From the NCBI GenBank assembly GCA_964478715.1, contig CAYZIY010000008.1, positions 17,704 to 81,703 of the forward strand: 64,000 nt of DNA, read 5' to 3'. Position numbers and translations under genes: made by a program. Below are positions 59,494-64,000 of this stretch, one piece after another (the first letter of the stretch is position 1; each line of letters begins with the position of its first letter). The stretch comes from an uncultured Planctomycetales bacterium. GTDB lineage: Bacteria > Omnitrophota > Gorgyraeia > Zapsychrales > JBDRMG01. The notes beneath the pieces were generated by a model that saw nothing but the letters and a program-made list of their open reading frames with translations, ran no database searches and was not told the DNA's origin.

Positions 59494-60776
59494 TGATGAA
59501 AATCAAAGATAAAACAGTGACCATTATGGGATTCGCTGCCAGTGGAATGGCAGCAGCCGATCTGGCTTTAGATAATGGAGCTCGTGTTCAAATCAGTGAA
59601 CAGAGACAGGATAAATTGACTCAATCCCGGTTTGGGGCATGGAAAAATAAAAAGGACGTGGCGGTAGAGTGGGGCAAGCACTCTTTAGATTTTATTGAAA
59701 ATTCCGATATCATTGTTCTTAGCCCAGGAGTCCCAAATGACTTACCCGTGATTCAAAAAGCCCAAGAACGCGGTATTCCCGTCATGGGAGAGATCGAATT
59801 CGCTTATCGATTTTGTCCTTCCAAAATTATTGCCGTGACCGGAAGCAACGGAAAAACAACGGTCTCAACGTTGATCAGCAAATTGTTAAGCGAAGCTGGC
59901 CGCAAAATAATCTTCTGTGGTAATATCGGGACTCCTTTTTCATCGGTTATTCCATACTGCACAAAACAAACACTGGTTGTGCTTGAGATTAGCTCATTTC
60001 AATTGGAATCAATTCGGACATTTACTGCGCATGTCGCCGTTTTCTTGAATTTCAGTCAGAATCATCTTGACCGCCACAAGGACTGCGAGGAATATTTTGA
60101 GGCCAAAAAAAGGATCTTTGAGAATCAGTCTCGGAATGATTTTGCTGTGCTAAATATCCGAGATGAGAAGATCAAGACTTTAGGCCAAAATCTTCAATCC
60201 CGCATTATTTATTTCAATACTTCAAAGGATCAGAATCTTTTTGATGATCCCAATCAAAGGGCCGCCTATGCGGTTGTCCGGATATTCGGTGTAAGTAAAG
60301 ATAAGGCAAAAAAGGTTTTTGATGAATTTTGTGGCGTTGAACATCGCATGGAGAAAGTCCGTACGCTATGCGGAGTCCATTTTATCAATGATTCAAAGTC
60401 GACGACTGTTGAAGCCACTCGCTGGGCACTTGAAAGAACCGCCGGCCCGGTGATTCTGATTTGCGGAGGACGGGATAAAAATCTGGATTATTCTGTAATC
60501 AAAGATCTCATAGCAAAGAAGGTTAGGCAGATGATAACCATAGGGGAAGCCAGAGAAAGAATCGGACGCATTTATCGAGAAATGATTCCTTTTGAGGAAG
60601 CCGATTCGCTTCGGGGGGCGGTGGATTTGGCCCGTTCTTATGCTAAAGACGGTGACCACATCTTGCTTTCCCCGATGTGTGCCAGCTTTGACATGTTTAA
60701 AAACTTTGAAGAACGAGGTAAAGCCTTCAAAGAGATCGTCCATTCTCTCAACGAGGATTCGTCATGCGCCATTTAA
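59493..60776 (+). CDS. murD: UDP-MurNAc-L-Ala--D-Glu ligase
   Basis: SPGVP, GSNGKTT, EISSFQL, NDSKST, SP.CASFD.F..FEERG. Confidence 0.96.
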   Translation: MMKIKDKTVTIMGFAASGMAAADLALDNGARVQISEQRQDKLTQSRFGAWKNKKDVAVEWGKHSLDFIENSDIIVLSPGVPNDLPVIQKAQERGIPVMGEIEFAYRFCPSKIIAVTGSNGKTTVSTLISKLLSEAGRKIIFCGNIGTPFSSVIPYCTKQTLVVLEISSFQLESIRTFTAHVAVFLNFSQNHLDRHKDCEEYFEAKKRIFENQSRNDFAVLNIRDEKIKTLGQNLQSRIIYFNTSKDQNLFDDPNQRAAYAVVRIFGVSKDKAKKVFDEFCGVEHRMEKVRTLCGVHFINDSKSTTVEATRWALERTAGPVILICGGRDKNLDYSVIKDLIAKKVRQMITIGEARERIGRIYREMIPFEEADSLRGAVDLARSYAKDGDHILLSPMCASFDMFKNFEERGKAFKEIVHSLNEDSSCAI

Positions 60777-61855
60777 GAATCAGTGTTGCCGTGATCACCT
60801 GTGCTTTGATTTGCATCGGGGTAGGCATGATTTACAGCGCAAGCGCGGTCTATGCTTTGAAGGAGCTTAATAATGACGGCGCTTATTTTTTGAAAAGACA
60901 TTTGCTTTTCTTAAGCATCGGATTTCTCTTGGCCATTGCCGTTATGACAATACCCTATCAAATCCTTCAAAAATGGGCGAAACCCTTGTTGCTGTGTTCT
61001 GTGGTTCTTTTGATTCTGGTTCTCATTCCCGGAATAGGAAAAATGGTTTCTGGCGCCCGGCGATGGATTCCGATAGGTCCCTTTAGTTTTCAGCCATCGG
61101 AATTTGCTAAACTAACCGTGATTATTTATATGGCGGATTTTCTTGCCCGCAAGAAAAGAAAAATCAGAGATCTCTGGGAAGGGATTGTGCCTGTAATGAT
61201 TGTCTTGGGTTGTGTGAGTCTTTTGATTTTGAAGCAGCCAGATTTAGGGACAGCCGTGAGTATTATTGTGATCGTCTTTATGATGCTGTTTGTAGCCGGC
61301 AGTCGTTTGAAGTATTTGGCTTCTATCGGTTTGCTGGCACTGCCGGTTCTCTATTTTTTAGTGGTCAGGGTTTCTTATCGACGGGTCCGAGTCATGGCTT
61401 TTCTTGATCCCTGGCAGGATCCTCAGGGAATCGGATTTCAGCTGACGCAGTCTCAAATTGCTTTAGGGACAGGGAAATTTTTCGGTGTCGGTTTAGGAAA
61501 AGGAATCCAGAAATTGTTTTATTTGCCAGCGGCGCATACGGATTTTATCTTTTCGATTATCGGTGAAGAATTTGGGTTGATGGGGACCTTTTGCGTGATT
61601 GCCTTATTCGTTCTTTTGATTTGGCAGGGCGCCAGGATAGCTAAAAGAACACAAGAGCCATTTGGATATTTTTTGACTGTTGGCCTATTGGTGATGATCG
61701 GCTTTCAGGCCGTTGTTAATATCGGAGTTAGTATCGGGATGTTGCCGACCAAAGGATTGCCACTGCCTTTTATTAGCTACGGGGGTTCGGCTTTAATCAT
61801 TAACATGATCGCGATTGGTTTATTATTGAACATATCGCGGATGCAAGAATTATGA
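60764..61855 (+). CDS. ftsW: SEDS peptidoglycan polymerase FtsW
   Basis: GARRW, QPSEFAK, QPDLG, HTDFIF...GEE, LPFISYGGS. Confidence 0.95.
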   Translation: MRHLRISVAVITCALICIGVGMIYSASAVYALKELNNDGAYFLKRHLLFLSIGFLLAIAVMTIPYQILQKWAKPLLLCSVVLLILVLIPGIGKMVSGARRWIPIGPFSFQPSEFAKLTVIIYMADFLARKKRKIRDLWEGIVPVMIVLGCVSLLILKQPDLGTAVSIIVIVFMMLFVAGSRLKYLASIGLLALPVLYFLVVRVSYRRVRVMAFLDPWQDPQGIGFQLTQSQIALGTGKFFGVGLGKGIQKLFYLPAAHTDFIFSIIGEEFGLMGTFCVIALFVLLIWQGARIAKRTQEPFGYFLTVGLLVMIGFQAVVNIGVSIGMLPTKGLPLPFISYGGSALIINMIAIGLLLNISRMQEL

Positions 61856-62925
61856 AAACGGTTATTTTCTCTACAGGAGGTTCCGGAGGTCATATTTATC
61901 CAGCGCTTGGTCTTGCGCATATGCTGAAAAAAGATTATCGAATTCTCTTTATGGGCAGCTTCAAGGGATTTCGAGTTAAGATCGAACAGCAAGGGTTTCC
62001 GACTCAGGAATTACAAGGAAGGGGACTGCAAAAGAAAACGATGAAGGATTTGATACACACTGTTATTGTGACGATTGTCAGTTTGGTAAAAGCCTATCAA
62101 GCTGTCAAAAAAAGCAGACCTGAATTAATCGTGGGATTCGGAGGTTACGGCTCCCTGGCTCCGGTTATGGCCGCGTTTGCTTTACGGGTGCCGATATGTA
62201 TTCACGAGCAAAATGTTTATCCCGGACGAGCCAATCGCTTTCTTGCTGTTTTAGCCGATCGTGTCGCCGTTAGCTTTTCCGAAAGCCTGCCGTTCTTTGA
62301 TTCAAGTAAAACAACGGTAACGGGTTGTCCGGTTCATGTCCGATCTGTCAGCGAAACCAGGGACCAGCTCTTTAAGAAATGGAAATTAGATCCGAGAAAG
62401 CCAGTAGTGTTGATTTTAGGAGGAAGCCAGGGGAGCTTCCGGATTAATAGCATTTGGATGCGGGTGTGTCGAGAACGCACGGATCGCGGGAAGTGGCAAA
62501 TTATTCATGTCAGCGGTTTGCGCGATTTAGAACAAACGAAAAGATGTTATCAAGATTTGGGTTTTAAGGCCGTTGTTCATGATTTTATTGATAATATAGA
62601 GGAAGCCTATATTTTAAGTGATTGCGTGGTCTCTCGGGCCGGGGCCTCAACGCTTGCCGAAATCGCCTTACTGCAGAAATGTGCCGTTCTGATTCCTTAT
62701 CCTCATGCCAATGACCATCAGAAGAAAAATGCCCAGATAATTGGCCAAAGACCGGGGATTGAGGTTATAATAGAAGATGAGCTTTCAGTCGAGAGTCTTA
62801 GTGGAAAACTGGCAAAATGTTTATCCATAGCCGCAGGCCGCAAAGAACAGGTGCTCCCTGATAAAGTTGAATTTTCTGCCGCCGGAGAGAAAATGGTTCG
62901 ATTGATAAAGGAATTAAGCGAGTGA
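61852..62925 (+). CDS. murG: Lipid II GlcNAc transferase
   Basis: GGSGGHIYP, GFGGY, HEQN..PG.AN, GGSQG, SRAGAST. Confidence 0.95.
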   Translation: MKTVIFSTGGSGGHIYPALGLAHMLKKDYRILFMGSFKGFRVKIEQQGFPTQELQGRGLQKKTMKDLIHTVIVTIVSLVKAYQAVKKSRPELIVGFGGYGSLAPVMAAFALRVPICIHEQNVYPGRANRFLAVLADRVAVSFSESLPFFDSSKTTVTGCPVHVRSVSETRDQLFKKWKLDPRKPVVLILGGSQGSFRINSIWMRVCRERTDRGKWQIIHVSGLRDLEQTKRCYQDLGFKAVVHDFIDNIEEAYILSDCVVSRAGASTLAEIALLQKCAVLIPYPHANDHQKKNAQIIGQRPGIEVIIEDELSVESLSGKLAKCLSIAAGRKEQVLPDKVEFSAAGEKMVRLIKELSE

Positions 62926-63722
62926 ACAGAAGATTACTATGCCTGATCGTTGTTTTGTTTTTTATTCAAGTGCCAATAATCAGCGGCAATGGAAACAGGC
63001 AAGATAGCTGGAAGGAATACAAAAGCAGGCATTTCGAGATTTATTACAAAAAGGCCCCGGACGATTTCATTCGCACGGTGGCAGAATCCGCTGAGCAATA
63101 TTATCAGGATATTACCAGAAATTTAGGATTTTTTCGGACCGAAAGCTGGGCTTGGGACAGGCGGGCAAAAATATATATTTATGATGATCGGGATCAATAT
63201 GTAGAGAAAGCCCGACAGGCTCATTGGTCCCATGGCGCGGCTCAGGCGATTGACAAAGTTATTCGCACTTTTCCGACGGATCACGGTTTTTTCGATTCCA
63301 CTCTGCCGCACGAGTTAGGTCATATTATCTTTCGCGAATTTGTTGGTTACCGGTCTAATATTCCCCTGTGGATGGATGAAGGAGTGGCGATGTTTCAGGA
63401 AAAAGCGAAACGATGGGGTGCTAATAGTTTTGTCAGAGAAGCTCTTAAAGACGGATCGTTTATTCCGATTCCTGAATTGACTCAAATCAGAAGAATAGAC
63501 AACTCAACGCCTAGGGAAAAAATCAATCTCTTTTATGCGGAAGCGGCCAGTATCGTTTATTTTTTGGTCACCGATCAAGGCCGTTATCGGTTTGTCAATT
63601 TTTGCAAGCAGTTGAAAAAGGGTATGCGTTTTGATTATGCCCTTCATGAAGCGTATCGGAGATTTGAGAATCTCGATGATCTCAATGAAGCCTGGGTAAA
63701 TTTTTTGATGAGAAAACGATGA
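62922..63722 (+). CDS. Exported gluzincin/peptidase MA-like protein
   Basis: Signal peptide; PHELGH (HExxH) ... PLWMDEGVA third-ligand motif. Confidence 0.78.
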   Translation: MNRRLLCLIVVLFFIQVPIISGNGNRQDSWKEYKSRHFEIYYKKAPDDFIRTVAESAEQYYQDITRNLGFFRTESWAWDRRAKIYIYDDRDQYVEKARQAHWSHGAAQAIDKVIRTFPTDHGFFDSTLPHELGHIIFREFVGYRSNIPLWMDEGVAMFQEKAKRWGANSFVREALKDGSFIPIPELTQIRRIDNSTPREKINLFYAEAASIVYFLVTDQGRYRFVNFCKQLKKGMRFDYALHEAYRRFENLDDLNEAWVNFLMRKR

Positions 63723-64000
63723 AAAAATTTCATTTTATCGGAATCGGCGGTATCGGCATGGGAACGATCGCCTCATTGCTGTGCGACAAAGGTTTTGAGG
63801 TCAGCGGTTCCGATCTGAGGGAAAACCAACTGACCGATCAACTCAAATCCAAGGGCGCCCATATTTTTATCGGACATCAAAGGGAGAATGTCGATCAGGC
63901 GGATATGGTTGTTTTTTCATCCGCGATCAAAAAAGATAATCCCGAAATTCAGGAAGCAAGAAAAAGAGGGATCACTTGTTTGCGCCGGGCGCAGATGTTA
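63719..64000 (+). CDS. murC: UDP-MurNAc--L-Ala ligase, 3'-truncated by the window edge (not in the ORF track)
   Basis: MKKFHFIGIGGIGMG.IA.LL...G.EVSGSD...IFIGH...VVFSSAI..DNPE...RRAQML. Confidence 0.93.
   Translation, partial: MKKFHFIGIGGIGMGTIASLLCDKGFEVSGSDLRENQLTDQLKSKGAHIFIGHQRENVDQADMVVFSSAIKKDNPEIQEARKRGITCLRRAQML

Overview
A 64-kb bacterial chromosomal window with almost all genes on the + strand. Gene content suggests a PVC-superphylum anaerobe such as Candidatus Omnitrophota, but that is inference. It has four zones. (1) 1-12.5 kb is an accessory redox/metal/NAD-salvage block: a Tpx-pterin dehydratase fusion, a PncB-PncA fusion, a DHH protein, hemerythrin, a ferritin-like protein, a YHS-permease, an exported Ni-SOD, and two MscS genes, one split by an in-frame TAG. 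(2) 12.55-16.95 kb is an AT-richer micro-island. GACTTGACCCC-type palindromic REP/REPIN-like repeats separate a probable RAYT C-terminal remnant, an AAA+DUF4143 ATPase and a truncated antitoxin. These are followed by a solo AbrB gene, a YhcG-N/thermonuclease fusion whose upstream palindrome reappears inside its own coding sequence, and a decayed nucleotidyltransferase toxin-antitoxin-like pair with twin operators. (3) 17-52 kb is housekeeping: UvrD-nuclease, gpmI, udg, surface modification, rpsO-pnp-ftsK-rodZ-rimO-pgsA-pgpA, the rib operon, a catalytically dead ketosynthase with fabG/fabZ, tRNA-Pro preceded by a nested mini-element, ligA, xerD, a tRNA nucleotidyltransferase, and rbfA-nrnA-truB-ribF. 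(4) 52-64 kb is the dcw cluster, with an unexpected HEXXH protein between murG and murC. No rRNA genes, CRISPR array or intact transposase were seen. All family assignments come from motif recognition by eye, not from database searches.
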